Positions 14,230-28,817 of a stretch of 64,000 nucleotides of DNA are shown here, in pieces. The stretch is from the human T2T-CHM13v2.0 reference genome, Homo sapiens. Below the pieces are notes generated by a model. The model was not told where the DNA came from. It ran no database searches and was given only the letters and a program-made list of their open reading frames with translations. A program made the position numbers and the translations under genes. Location: assembly GCF_009914755.1 (NCBI RefSeq), contig NC_060942.1, one strand, 5' to 3'. Numbering within the stretch: position 1 is the first letter of the stretch; each line of letters starts with the position of its first letter.

Positions 14230-14525
14230 CATATTTATTGAACTATAGTAAGACACTTGAAGCAGAAGATAAATCAGGAAATGACAACACAGGCACCTTA
14301 TTTGGAAATGTAAAGATAGCCAAAAGAAGAACTAAACCTGGAAACCATTAAAAGTAGTTTCCTCTGAGGTCTTGGGTCTGAGTTCTTGAGATAGGGGCAC
14401 ATATCCATTATTGTCATTAGAGATCTTGTTGGGTTATTTCACTTTTTAGAAGTATGTGTGTGTGTATATATATATGTATATGTATATGTATATATATATT
14501 GAAAATTTGTAATTTAAAAATTAAA
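14230..14525 (+). mobile_element. Old L1ME-like 3' end fragment with TA/TG low-complexity tail
   Basis: Weak L1ME 3'UTR resemblance (...aaagtagtttcctctgagg...). Confidence 0.4.
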
Positions 14526-17206
14526 CCAAACTTTTAAATCCCTGATGATTTTGAGATCAATTGGCAATATTAAAAAAATGAGAATATTCTTGGAAGATGA
14601 AGTAAGATGACTTCCCCTGATAAAAACTTCTATGATGTCCCTAGGCAGGTAGTTGGCAATTGATAGTGAAAGATGGGATATCATAGGACCAGGGAATAAA
14701 ACTGCCTTTTTTCACTGACAAAAGTAGCGCCTGGTAGGGAAGTATTGTGAGACAGAGTATAAAACTGAAAATATAGTTTCAGGATTAGAGAATAGAAAAT
14801 GAGGCTGGGAGTATCCAAGATTTTTTTCTCAGATACATCACTCACTTGTTTTATGATTTTGAAAAAAAAGATGCTTAACCTTTATATCTCATTGCAAAAA
14901 TTTTTCACTGTCTGTATAATGAGAGAAATACTCCTACTTTCTTTGATTTATAATTTGTTTTCTTCTCAACCATTTTATTTTTAAGTGGTCTATATTATAT
15001 ATATATACACACACACAAATATACATATATGTGTGCATATTTTTATATATGTATACACACATATTTTGCTGTCAGATGTAATAACATTTTATTGCCATAT
15101 TAAATAAATTTTCTTTCAAAAGACTTCTAAAGATCAGAAAAACTCACCCTACTTCTGACTTGACATGGCAAGGTTCCTGTTCTCTGAGTTGTGAATAAAA
15201 GGTGAAAACTTATGGCCCACTACCAGGAATTAAAGAGCAACCTACTAGTTCTGGATATGAAAGTGCGGCTTATGAAACAATGTGCAATGACTCTGATTCT
15301 AACTGCTAATCAGTTTAAGTGAGTTCCATGTTGATGGTGAAGAAAAACAAAACAAACAAACAAACAAATGTGCCTGTGCTCAATGAGATTCTACAAAGCC
15401 TATTCCTGCAGAGAATTCAGAAATTGAATTTGGAGAAACTCTTTTCAAGTTTTAATGAGCCACCTGCCTCCAGCTATAAAACCCAAAGAGGAAGGAGAGG
15501 GAATCTGCAACAGGCGATTTGTAGCATTGTACAGCAGGGTCTTTCTGGTGAGGTTATTTTTTTTTCATAATGTCACTGGCTTTTCAGGGAACATGAAGTT
15601 ATGTCTTGAGTTAGTTAATATTCGATCATTGTTTTAAGTGTTATCACTTATTTTTAATGCATCTTCAACTTAAATATAAAAAATAGAAAACTGTATTTTT
15701 ATAAAATAGTCATTAAATATTTACTAAATCTTAGTCACCATAGTAGGTGTTGTAGACACCCCCCTCAAAAAAAAGGCAATTAAGATATGGTGGAAGGTCT
15801 TTTCAGGCAGGGAAAACCATCATTATGAATCATTGAAGAGAAAAAAAAAACACACAAGGCTCAAATACACTATCCACTTTATGAACATACGGATTGCAAA
15901 TTTTGTTTTGTATTGTTTTGTTTTGCTATATGTAGGAGCATTCTGACCAAACTGCCATGGGCCCTTTGGAAAGGGAAAAAGAGAAAGCAGGATGTCTATT
16001 TCCTTGATGTAAAGAGTGAGCTCATCTTCCAGGATGCAGCTATACTAGGCTTTTGCCATCCTGCTATTTTTCAGCTTTCTTAATTGTCTCCATTCTCAGC
16101 ATAACAGTAAGCCAACCTTCTCTCATTAATAAGAAGGCAAGTATCAATGTTAAAAAATATAGATAAGCCTCTTTAATTTGGGGAAAAATAAAAAAAAAAG
16201 AAAACTAAGGTGACTTTTTATAAACTCAATTTTTAATGGAGCTTTATGACTTTAAAGTACCTCCCAGTAAAAGTAACTTATTCTTTGCTTTGGCCTACAG
16301 TTACCACCGATGCTCCTCATAACTTCTTCTAACCAAATTAGGGAGTAAGTTCATTTCAGGAGTTTTTCTTTTTGTTATTTTATTGTTTTTGTTTGTTTGT
16401 TCTGGGCAAAAGAGTGACATGATCTGGGGTATTCTTTGGAAATATGACTCTGGAAATGAAGAGAAGAAACTGATGGCAGTGAAACTCTTAGGTAATTAGA
16501 TATTTAGGCAATCTGAGCAAGGTAAGTGATTATAGCCTGATCAAATAGGAGCAAATATAGTACACATCATAGGTGAAAAATCATCGGAATCACATTTGAT
16601 TTATCCTGTTGCATTTTCTAAAGCACCCAGAAAAGACACACCCCAATACATAGAAGTGTTACTAACACAGGCTGGTTGAGTAAATGAATGCACACCCATG
16701 AGAGGAAAAATGCTTGCATACATGACTGAATGAGTCAAAACGCATAGGATATGGGGGATGAGCAGCAGTGAGACAATGATAAAACCAGTTTTAAGCCTGA
16801 GTGGCTGTCAGTGTTAGAAGAAGTCACACATCAGAGAAACTATACATTCATTATTAAGACCTGTTCTCATCAACTTTACAATTTGTTGATCATCCTAGAT
16901 AAGATATTCAATTCTTGGCACTCAAGACCATAGTGCATAAAGAGCCTGCTGCATAGATGAGGTACCCGAAGGATGTATGTAGTTAAATCTGGCAATGTAT
17001 AGGCGCAATCATGAGATTTCCTGGGGAAAGAATGAAGAGAGAAGACAGGAGTGAAAGGAAGGAAATGGAAGTAAGAGGATGGGAAGGAATGGAAAGGGCA
17101 GAAGCTTGAAGAACAATGTCTGTGATGGGTAAGAGTTATATGACTAGTGACAATGTTGGACATTGTCAAAAAATTTCTTTTCTAACACATCTTAATTATT
17201 TTTAAA

Positions 17207-17440
17207 AATCCCAGGATTTTGGGAGGCCAAGGCAGGAGGATCACTTAAGTCCAGGAGTTGGAGACCAGCCTGGACAACACAGGGAGGCACCATCTCTACA
17301 ACAACAACAACAAAAACCTAGCCAGGCACAGGTTGTGGTTCCAGCTACTCAGAAGGATTCCGTGAGCCTGGCAGATGGAGGCTGCAGTGAGCCTTGATTG
17401 CAACACGGCACTTCAGCCTGCGGGACGGAGCGAGATCTTG

Positions 17441-17474
<34 letters not shown>

Positions 17475-17488
17475 ACATACACACACAA
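17207..17488 (+). mobile_element. 5'-truncated AluJ with (CA)n tail
   Basis: aatcccaggattttgggaggccaaggcaggaggatcactt...; flanking repeat tatttttaaaaat on both sides. Confidence 0.9.
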
Positions 17489-17772
17489 ATAATAAATATT
17501 TTTAAAAATAAAAGACTGTTTCTCCAATGTGAAACTACAAAATTGGAATGCTTTTCCTTCCTTTCTCCTAAGAAACATCTCTCATTCTCTTGCTTTGAAT
17601 GCTTTGTAAACAGAAATGTTTGAACTAATGAGATGATTGATCATTTTAAAGGCAAATTAATAAAATTTCAATTATCAGGCAGAATGATTTTTAAAAAGTA
17701 ACATCGACCAAAAATGATCTATTCCTCAAAATTATTGAGCTGTTATAGCATATGCCCTTCTTTCACAGCAAG

Positions 17773-18378
17773 TTTTTTAAAATTTATTTTTAACTTTTAA
17801 GTTCAAGAGTACATGTGCAGGTTTGTTACATAGGTAAACTTATGTCATGAGGGTTTGCTGTACACATTATTTTATCTCCCAGGTATTAAGCCTAGTACCC
17901 ATTAGTTATTGTTCTTGATCCTCTCCCTCCTCCCAATCTCCACCCTCCAAAAGGCTCCAGTGTGTGTTGTTACACTTTATGTGTCCATGTGTTCTCATCA
18001 GTTAGCTCCCACTTATAAGTGAGAGCATGCAGTATGTGCTTTTTTCTTTCTGTGTCAGATTGCTAAGGATAATGGCGTCCAGCTCCATCCATGTCCCTGC
18101 AAAAGACATGCTCTTGTTCTTATTTATGGTTATGTAGTATTCCATGGTTTATATATACCCAATTTTCTTTATCCAGTCTATCATTTATGGGCATTTAGGT
18201 TGATTCCGTATCTTTGCTATTGTGAATAGTGCTGCAATGAACATACATGTGCATGTGTTTTTAAAATAGAATAATTTATATTCCTTTGGGTATATATCCA
18301 GTAATGTGATTGCTGGGCCAAATAGTATTTCTGTCTTTAGGTCTTTGAGGTATCACCACACTGTCTCACACAATGGGT
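17773..18378 (-). mobile_element. Older L1P (L1PA13-16/L1PB-type) 3' segment, antisense
   Basis: ttttaagttcaagagtacatgtgcaggtttgttacataggtaaact...cccacttataagtgagagcatgcag is the reverse complement of an L1P 3'UTR/ORF2 end. Confidence 0.92.
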
Positions 18379-18380
18379 AA

Positions 18381-18850
18381 GCATGGGCAAAGATTTTATG
18401 AAGAAGATGCCAAAAGCAACTGCAACAAAAATTGACAAATGGGACCTAATTAAATTAAAGAGCTTCTGACAGCAGAAGAAACTATCAACAGTGTGAACAG
18501 ACAACCTATAGAATAGAAGAAAAGTTTTGCAAACTGTGTGTCTGATAGAGGTCTAATATCCAAACTCTATAAGGAACTTAAATTTACAAGAAATAAACAA
18601 CCCTATTAAATAGTGGGTAAAGGACATGAACAGACACTTTTCAAAAGAAAACATACATGCGGCCAACAATTATATATGTAAAAAAGCTCAACATCACTGA
18701 TCATAGAGAAATGCAAATCAAAACCACAATGAGATACCATCTCACACCAGTCAGAGTGGCTATTAAAAAGTCAAAAAATTACAGATGTTGGCAAGGTTGT
18801 GGAGAAAAGGGAACACTTATACATTGATGGTGGGTGTATAAATTAGTTCA
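18381..18850 (+). mobile_element. Inverted 5' segment of the same L1 (ORF2 C-terminal region)
   Basis: gcatgggcaaagatttt...aaaccacaatgagataccatctcacaccagtcaga...aattagttca; its end abuts, in L1 coordinates, the start of the antisense segment. Confidence 0.92.
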
Positions 18851-19764
18851 TAACTTACTTTCATATACATTATATTAAAATTTGAAACCTAAGCTATTAT
18901 TTGGCAATACAAATCTCAGATCTCTCTAAAAGTCTAAGCCACATTATTTCCTTTAACGGAAGGGTAAAATATTATAAATTTATTTTGGTTTAGGAGATTA
19001 TTGCAATTAAGGTATTCAAGATTTTATAAATTAAATTATTATATAATGAAGAGAGAATGTTTCATAATAAGATACATTATTTTCATATTGTTTTCATATA
19101 TTATGTATATACATAAAGATCAGCAGTTAAAAATATAAAGTAAACAGAATGGGGAGTGGATCTTCAAGAAACTTATATATTAAAAGGTAAAACCATTTGG
19201 GAAATGCTGTGTCCTCGTTAGTAAAGGCCAGCCATTATCACATCATGGTGCACACACACATGAAATAATAAATATCCGTGGGAGACCAGATCCTAGTTAC
19301 CACCAAGGTAGATGATAGGAAAGTGCTTTATGTTTTTAAAAGTAGCTCAGGCACTGGCTCTTCTATCTGATCCAATCTCCCCGCAATCCTGAGCTCTGCT
19401 TGGTCACTACTGCTTTTCTGCCTTTTATGCTTCCATATAAAAATGTTCATTTTTTATTATAATCGAGGAATTAACTTCAAGGATTAGATTGTCTGCAGAG
19501 TGTCTAATCCAGGGACATGAATAGTGCGTACATAATTTAAAAGGAAGAAATATAATGTGAAGCTCTAGTGTCTCATTCTTTGAACAAACAAAACAAAGCT
19601 AAATAAGGATCTTAGAACATTAGAGGAAAAGATGAGAGATTGGATAATGAATACTTACCTCCCCACCTCTGCCAACATATTTTGTAGCTGAGGTCTCAAA
19701 AGGCAAAGAGGCTTGCTAAAGCCACCGAGCTAGATAATGGCAAAACCAGCTCGGAATGCTTTTG

Positions 19765-19767
<3 letters not shown>

Positions 19768-19796
<29 letters not shown>
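19768..19796 (+). repeat. (TG)n microsatellite
   Basis: Directly visible. Confidence 0.95.
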
Positions 19797-19797
<1 letters not shown>

Positions 19798-20814
19798 CAG
19801 GGGCAGGCATATTTTAGGTTTGGTGAAATATGTAAGGGAAGGGAATGAAGATGTACAAGCTACACAGCACAACTTTCAAATTATAAAAATAAAGCAAATC
19901 CAAATACTCATTTTCTCAATGCTTTAAGTCTTTTGATCTTAAGCTCACTACTATTTAAACTGAATTCCAATCCTCAGTGTGTAAAAATGTAATCAAAGCA
20001 GTATGCATTTCTGTGAGATTTATAGTCCTGTTCCGCCATTAGAATCCTAGACTGTGTAGAAAAAAGTATAGTGGAATAACCCATATTTTTTTTGAAACAA
20101 ACAGACCAAAGAAAGGATAAACTCTGCACTTTGTTCACTTGCTTATCTCACATGTGTTTTATGCTTTTTTTTTCTTTTTTTCTTTTTTTTTGGTGTGGGA
20201 ATACTCAGCAGATAGAATCAGTATCCCTGTGACACACTGTGCATTTGCATACTGAGGAAGGAAATTTGGAACTGGAGACAAGCCATAGGGGCAAACAAGC
20301 CATTAGAGTGCCGGAATCCCATTTTCAGGTAAAGAACCTTGCTAATGAAGAGAACTACATGGGATGCCAACAATAACTTAAATAGAATCTTCCAAAAATC
20401 CACTCTAAATTTAACTTTCTATATAAAGCCTTCTTCAAAATTTTCCATAACCTATTAAAACATCTTAATGAATATCATATTGAGATGGAAAGAGGTCATT
20501 ACACTGTGTGGAAAATTTGCATTAATAGTGAAAAAGGTATTGGTCTCTTACTCCTTAGTAACTGCGAGTGATTTCTTATAATTTTTTTCCCAGTTTTAAG
20601 GTGACCTTGTTCTTTTTCTTCCTAATTTATAGTCCCAAGAGGAGGATAGTCCAAAAAAATGGTTATAAAAAATGCTAGTTTTATCAATGTGCTTACTGTT
20701 GAACTAACATTCAAAAGGAGACAAACTCCTTTTACTCTGTAGACTATTCTAAATGGGGTGATATTGACCTTGGGGGATTACCTTGTTTCAACAAAAACTA
20801 CAGCCATTATGTGT

Positions 20815-21390
20815 GACATTTGTGGCGTGTTTAGCGTGTGCCAGGTTCTGTTCTAAGTGCTGTGCATAAATTAACCCACTTATAACTTGTAACAACCCTG
20901 TGAGGTCAATGCTAGTATTGTCCCCATGCTACATGTATTGGTCTGTTCTCATGCTGCTATGAAAAAATACCTGAGACTGGGTAATTTATAAAGAAGAGAG
21001 GTTTAATTGATTCCTAAGGCTGGGGAGGCCTTAGGAAACTTACAATCATGGCAGAAGGCACTACATCACAGGGCAGCAGAAGAGAGAATGAATGCCAGCA
21101 GGGGAAATGCCAGACGCTTATAAAACCATCAGATCTAATGAAAACTCACTCACTATCATGAGAACGGCATGGGGGAAGCCATCACCATGATCCAATTACC
21201 TCCCAGCGGGTCCCTCAAACAACATGTGGGAATTACGGAGATTACAATTCAACATGAGATTTGGGTGAGGATGCAGTCAAACCACATGACTACACATGAG
21301 GAAATTGGGGCAGAGGGAGATCAAATAACTTGTCCATGGTCACGTGACTACTGTCTGGTAAAGCAGGATTAGAATTGAGGCAATTTGACT
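20815..21390 (-). mobile_element. MIR split by an LTR insertion
   Basis: tgtgccagg...aacaaccctgtgagg...ccccat | atgaggaaattggggcagaggga...aacttgtccatggtcac. Confidence 0.75.
20934..21289 (-). mobile_element. THE1/MST solo LTR (MaLR)
   Basis: tgtattggtctgttctcatgctgctatg...cctgagactgggtaatttataaag...gagatttgggtg; 5-bp TSD ctaca at 20929-20933 and 21290-21294. Confidence 0.93.
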
Positions 21391-21978
21391 GTTTTCATAA
21401 GAACACGCTAGAATTTAGCTTCTCTTATTGAACAAAATGTAGGTCCCATTGTCCAAGTTGCCATTTTCTCCCAGGTAACCATAAGACATCTGTGAAGAAT
21501 TTAGCAGCTCAATGGAGTTTATGAATTCTCAAGTACTGAATATTAGAGTTTAAATGTATTCTAGGAATAAGTCTGAAGGCCTCATTTTGTAGCTGAAGAT
21601 TCTGAGAACAGTTAAGAAGTTAACATATAAAAGAACTAAAAGTAACATGGAGAACTAGAAGTTGTACTCAGGTCATCTAAATGCTTTTAATCATTTTCCT
21701 TTTAGCATGTGTTGAAGCTTAGAACACTACAAGAGAAGGCTATAAGCATTCGTATGTTATCACATGTTTGGAAAACTCACTTTTACTGATACAAATAATT
21801 TCAATAAATGTAAAGCACTGTACACCAGGCAATAGGTTATTTATTTTTATATACAATGACTGACTTATTAAAATTTTTAATCATTTTACAGATGACATAG
21901 CTACAACACAAATATTACAGAATGGTTTCTGATCTCATTTAATTCAGAGACTGGCTTTTCTACTTCTTAGCAACCTGA

Positions 21979-22655
21979 TGTAATGGATGCTGCACTGTCC
22001 ACTGAGATCCCCCTTCTGCTTCTAGCTTTTCCCTCTGAGAGCTGCCTAAACTAAATGGAGCTTTTTTTTTTTTTTTTTTTTTTTTGAGACAGAGTCTTGC
22101 TCCATTGCCCAGGCTGGAGTACAGGGGACCGATCTCAGCTCACTGCAAGCACTGCCTCCCAGGTTCACGCCATTCTCCTGCCTCAGCCTCCTGAGTAGCT
22201 GGGACTACAGGCACCCACCACCACACACGGCTAATTTTTTGTATTTTTATACAGACAGGGTTTCACCGTGTTAGCCAGGATGGTCTCAATCTCCTGACCT
22301 CATGATCCGCCCACCTCAGCCTCCCAAAGTATTGGAATTACAGGTGTGAGCCACTGCACCTGGCACTAAATGGAGGTTTTACACCCAAGGCCATGTCCCC
22401 TTCCCAAGGGCAGCTCCTATTCAATGGATATACGGACCAATTTTCAAGGGTTATCTCAGCTTTCAGGAACTCAATGTGATGGTGGGGTTGGCAGAGGCCA
22501 TACAGTGACTACACAACCATCCAACTTCTCGTTTGCTTATCTTGCTTCTTTTACTTTCCTTCACAGGTGTTAATCCCAGAAGCCTTCCCCAGCAAACATC
22601 CTGCAGGCTTATCTCTACCTCAGAGTCTGCTTTCATTGAAACTGGACATGTGACA
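21979..22655. mobile_element. LTR16-like (ERVL) solo LTR interrupted by an Alu
   Basis: tgtaatggatgctgc...gagatcccc...ggccatgtccccttcccaagggcagc...atctctacctcagagtctgcttt. Confidence 0.65.
22062..22364 (-). mobile_element. AluY-type, minus strand
   Basis: AluY diagnostics cactgcaagc, ggttcacgccattctc, ttagccaggatggtc; TSD actaaatggag at 22050-22060 and 22365-22375. Confidence 0.95.
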
Positions 22656-22979
22656 TTTAACTATGTGTTTCTTGGAATTAAGAAATCCTTACCAAGCTCT
22701 AAGGATAGATCTATTCATAGGTGCAGTGACCATAAATATAAATGCATATAAATGTATATTTATAAATACAGATATAAATAAATATCTCTCTCTGCTCATC
22801 CATCCCTTGCCCCAAGGACACATAGGCTCATGATCTGAATGTCATTCCTTGGAAGAGATGTGCTTGGCAATGGCATTTCATGCTTGTTCTGATTACAATT
22901 TGACATTGCTGTCCCCATGTTTTAATACTTCAGCTGTACTTTGAAGTTGTGAGGGAGCTGGTTCAGTTTGAAAACATAA

Positions 22980-23403
22980 TGTGCCCAATGTTAGTTTCCT
23001 GGGGCTGCCATAACAATACATCACACATTGTGTGGCTTAAGACAACAGAAATCTTCTGGAGACTGGAAGCCTGAAATCAAGGTGTTGAGATGGGCATGCT
23101 ACCTCTGAAGACTCTCAGGAAGAATCCTTCCAGCTTTGGTGGTCCCAGGTGTTCCTTCGCTTGTGGCAGCAAAATTCCAATATCTGCCTCCATCTTTACG
23201 TTGGCTTCTTTCTATATCTCTCTGTATCTTCTCTTCTTAAAAGGATACTAGTCATTGGATTTAGGGCCCAGGCTAAATCAAGGATGGTTTCAACTCAAGA
23301 TTGTTAACTAATAATGCCCATAAAGACCTTACTTCCAAATAAGATCACATTCTGAGGTTCTGAGTAGACATGAATTTGGTGGGACTCTACTTAATCCACT
23401 ACA
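22980..23403 (-). mobile_element. MLT1 (B-D type) solo LTR
   Basis: ttagtttcctggggctgccataaca...caacagaaat...ttccaaataagatcacattctgagg...ccactaca. Confidence 0.85.
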
Positions 23404-23590
23404 TGCACGAATATTCACTACAGCACCCCCTCACTCTTCTCCCATCATCCCTCCCTGCCCTGCTCCCTAACTGTTCCTGTTGAGAGCATGTTCAGTTTTC
23501 CACACGGGCTTCTCCTCCAATACTATCACATCAGAATTTGGGATTTACTTCTCATTAATTTTTGTATCCCTAAAACCCAGTTCACAGAGG

Positions 23591-24004
23591 TGTATTAGCC
23601 AGGGTTCTATGTGAGAACCGAACTAATAGAATGATAAAGTAGGACATAAAGAGATTTATTGCAAGAAATTGGCTCTCACAATTGTGGGGGCTGGCAAGTC
23701 TGAAATTTGTAGGGCAAGTTGGTAGGCTGCAAACTCCCAGGCAGCAGTTGGCACTGTGGCACACAGCTGCGAGTTCTTCCTCAGGGAAACCTCAGTTTTG
23801 CTCTTAAGACCTTGAACTGATTGGATAAGACTCATCAGATTATTAAAGATAATCTTCTTTTTTGTTAAAAAAAAAAAAAGTCAACTGGTTGTAGATTTTA
23901 ACCACTTGTACAAAATATCTTCATAGCAACACCCAGGTTAGTGTCTGATTAAATAACTGGGTACTATAGTCCAGCCAAGCTGACTCACAAAACTACCTAC
24001 CACA
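23591..24004. mobile_element. MLT2 (ERVL) solo LTR
   Basis: tgtattagccagggttct...gagatttattgcaagaaattggctc...ccaagctgactcacaaaact...caca. Confidence 0.85.
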
Positions 24005-24859
24005 GGTGGGGTAGTGTAGTATGGTCTTAACTACTCTGTCTGACCCAAGAGGGCTTTATTTGGCAATATTAGAAACTGATTACTTTTCCTTCTAGGCCAT
24101 CATGGCCACAGTACAAAATTATTTTATTCATTGAGATTTTTAAAAAATAAATAAATATTTTTACTATTTGAACCCTAACTGTGATTTTTATAGAGCAGAT
24201 TAACATAAGAATATTCTACAGATGACAATCCTCAAAACATAAGTTGGGATATATGATATCTTTCTTTATGCTAACCAAAGTTAGGCACACAAGGAAATCA
24301 ATTCCTCATTTGACAACTTACTTGAGGTCCCAGACTGATGAATAGGAGAGCCTGGATTTGAACTCATGCCTACCTAATGGCAGAGCTAGAGCTTACTTTG
24401 ACTTAAGTTCACTAAGCCATTAAGTAGACAGGACAGGGCTGGATTTCAGTGTTCCTGATTGTCCAATGTTATTTCTCATTTATCACACTAAAGGTGTTCA
24501 TAATTATGAAATGGAGACAAAATGGCAGAGTGCCTCTTCTGAAGGAGGATAGACATTATAACCTCCAAGTTATGCTCAGCTTAAAAATGCTATTTTAATT
24601 TTAAGCCTTATGCTCTTCAAATATAGGCCAAAACAAATCTATTTCGGTTTATATAGACCTGTGTGTCTCATGTGATAAATGATAATAGCAGAACAGAAGA
24701 ATTATGTTCTATGAGAAAATCTAACTACAAACTTAGCTTTTTAGGTGAACTAAATATTAGTCTTATGATGACTGGTAAATATGTACAGGCATAATTCAAT
24801 AAGATACTCATTCTTCTTTTTTAATAAAGCTCAATTCCAAGATAATTTTCTTAGAAGAT

Positions 24860-25475
24860 TTTTAGGGTTCTCTAAAGAAACAGAATAAGCAGGGTATGTT
24901 TCTACATATATGTAATATAGATACAGATAGATTTAGTATAGATATATAGATATTGACATACTAGAGGGGACTCATTAAGAGAATTGGCTTCCACGCTTAT
25001 GGAGACCGGGAAATCCCACACTCAGCCATCTGTAAGCTGGAGAACCAGAAAAGCTGGTAGTATGGCTCAGTCCAAGTCTGAAGCCCTCAGAACCAGGGAA
25101 GCTGACTGTGAAACTCTCAGTCCAAGGCCAAAGGCCTGAAAACGTAAGGAGCCACTGAGGGAAGTCCAGGAGTCTGAAGGCTGGAGATCATGGAGTTCTG
25201 ATATCCAAGGGCGGGAGAAGATAGACTCATCCGCAGAGGAAAGAGATCAAGTGAGCAAATTTGCCTTTCCCCTGCCTTTTTGTTCTATCCCAGTGCTTGG
25301 CCAATTGGGTGGTTCATGCCCCCTTTGGGTGAGGACAGAACTTCCTTACACAGTCCACTCATTCACTCTTTCCTGGAAACACCCTCACAGACCTACCCCA
25401 AAACAATGGTATACCAGCTATCAGGAAGGATATCCTTTAATCCAGTCAAGGTGATACCTAAAACTAACCATCACA
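24860..25475. mobile_element. MLT2B-like solo LTR
   Basis: tagggttctctaaagaaacagaa...gctggagaaccagaaaagctgg...ggaaacaccctcacagac...aaactaaccatcaca. Confidence 0.85.
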
Positions 25476-25841
25476 GAAGTGAAATAAAACTATGTCTTAG
25501 GAACCAAAACACCAGAGCACCATGACTCAGTTCCTAAATATTTATAAAATGTGAACATATTTTTACTTGGCATAAAATTTGAAAACATGAAATACTTCAG
25601 CAAGCTTGAACAAGAAAAACTTATTAACAAATCTCAGGCTACTGTAATGTATCTTTCATGGTCAGGCAGCTTTGTGAAGCAAATTGAAGTCAACTCTTGT
25701 CAGCTTGGACATATTTTCATAATTCTTATTTTGTGCCTATTATTCCTTGTTAATCTCTATACTTCTAAAGTTTGACAGTAGTTACCTGAATAATCATATT
25801 AATTATTATCACAAAAAAATATTGCCAAGAATTTAGTGTAA

Positions 25842-26231
<390 letters not shown>

Positions 26232-26619
26232 TAGACTATATAATTCAGAAGTTCTCCCATTCCTTCTGTTCTTCTCTAGTGTACAAGAACTTAACTAATT
26301 TTCGTATTTGAAATTGGTCTCCATTGGTGAACAGTCATGTATGTCTAAGAATATTTAATAGCATTTGCTTTCCTGGTACACTTAAGCATTCCACTGAGTC
26401 TTATTTTTTCCCAGAGTTTAACAGCCCCACCCTCCTTTACAAAATGCTGATTTCAGCTGTGGCAACATAACAGGATAATTATGAATAGGAATGTATATGC
26501 ACATTGTAACAGGGTGTGACAAATTCAGAGATAAAGCATAGAGCTTATCTGACAGAATAGCATCAGCAAGGGTAATGCATATTTTTATGTAAGTTCATTT
26601 GAATAATGAGGGATTTGGT

Positions 26620-27002
26620 ACACTCGTGGATTGAATTGTGTTCTCCGCAAATTAATATGTTGAAACCTTAACCCACAATGTGACTGTATTTGGAGATAGG
26701 GCCTTTAAAGAAGTAATTAAGATTAAATGAGGTCAGAAGGGTAGGGCCTTCATCCGATGGAATGGTGTCCTTATAAGAAGAGGAAGAGACACCAGGGCCA
26801 TGGTTGTGCACAGAGGAAAGGTCATATGAGGACATGGCAAGAAGGCTACTTCCTGCAAGCCAAGGAGCAGGGCCGCAGGAGAAATCAACCCTTCCCACAC
26901 ATTGATTTCGGATTTTCAGTCTCCAGAGTTATCAAAAATAAATCTCTATTGTTAAGACATGCAGCCTGTGATATTTTGCTATGGAAGGCTTGGAAAACAA
27001 CA
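26620..27002 (+). mobile_element. MLT1A/B solo LTR
   Basis: ggattgaattgtg...aatgtgactgtatttggagatagggcctttaaagaagtaattaagattaaatgagg...aaaataaatctctattgttaag. Confidence 0.88.
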
Positions 27003-27554
27003 GTGTATTGTTATTTCAGCAGTTTTATGGGTGCACTCGACTGAGTTTGGGGGTGGGAACTGTGGGTGATCTAATAATATCACCGTACTATACAACTAAA
27101 TCATTAAACCTAGCACAAGCCTAAGTCACCTCCTCACATGTGTAACACCCATACCTTGGAAAGTGAGCCAAACAGGTACCACACATTGAAATTCACTTCC
27201 AAGAAACAACTGGCTCTTTCTTTCAGTTTTACTTCTGGGAAAGATTTGTTGGTGCTCCTTCCTTCACAGCAGTGCAGATGATGCCCAAGAGGAAAGAAGT
27301 ATATGATTACTAAATAGTGACCGAGGTTAAGGAGCACCTGTCTCACCAATGCAAAGATACATGATCCAACATAGCTGATTCATGTATGCGAAAGTCAGGG
27401 CCATTCCTACAATGGGCAAGTCTGAACAAAACTTGTGAGCGTTCCTTGTCACCTCTAGCATTTTTACACAATTGAAATCCAGTTAAATTTGACAAGATTC
27501 ATTTTTTAAATGCACTTTTTAAACTTGAGAATAGTTTTAAATTTACAGAAGCTG

Positions 27555-27750
27555 CTCTGACCATGTGTGGTAGATTAAGCCCCAGTTGTCCATATCATAA
27601 TTTGTTGCATCAGGCACCTTTTATTGGCGTCTTTCCATCCTCTATCTCACTTCCTTATACTCCTCCAGTATTCCCTGAGATCACCTCTTACATAAACTGC
27701 TTGTACTCGAATACTTGTCTCACGGTCATCTGAGGGAAACTAGACTGAGA
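27555..27750. mobile_element. LTR16-like fragment followed by MIR (~27755-27850)
   Basis: aagccccagttg...tcacctcttacataaactgcttgtactc; then gctgtgaggattaaattaag. Confidence 0.5.
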
Positions 27751-28476
27751 GAATCACTCAGGGGTGCTGTGAGGATTAAATTAAGTACTACATGAAAAGC
27801 ATCTGCACCAGTGCTTGACGGTTAATAGTAGCAGCTCAATAAATGTTAATTATCATAATATCATCGACCCCAAGCCCTATAGAGCTGACTTGGACTCTTT
27901 TTGCTCCCCTAGCCTAAATTATGTACTAAATTCAGGACTTACGCATCTCTCTTTCTCTTGCTCATATTTTAATAATAGCCCTCAAGAATTATCCACTGTA
28001 ATTGGGACAAGAGCACGTAATGATAAACCAAGGAGCAAAAATGTGTCAAAGGACTCAGTGTGTTTCCCCAGAGTTCTGGGACTAAATGTGCATAAGTAGC
28101 TCACACTGAGTTCACTCCTCTGATGTGGCTCCAGTTCATGAACTTGACTGGGTTCGCCATCAACTTGTGGGGTTGTTTACCCTCCTGAGGAGTTGAAAAG
28201 GCAATGTTGTTGAGCTGGGATTTCCAGCATTATAAACACCTAAAACGCAAGTAAGAAGTTATGATTATTCATAATTTAAATGTCTAGTTGATTGGTGTAG
28301 AAAGAAAGAGCAGGGAGTCCTGGATTTTAGTTCTGGCTCATATTACTGTGTTTATCTTGGGTAAGTCATTGGATTTCCTCTGAGTCTCAGGTTACTCATG
28401 TGAAGATAATAGATAATGAATGCATTTAGCTTTTCTCAAAGCTTTAAAAGCCTGTGATTTTTAAAAGACTATAATG

Positions 28477-28817
<341 letters not shown>

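Noticed and set aside
19651-19660. ATACTTACCT resembling the U1 snRNA 5' end or a minus-strand splice donor
   Set aside because: The downstream sequence is not U1 and looks like a decayed MIR; no supporting exon
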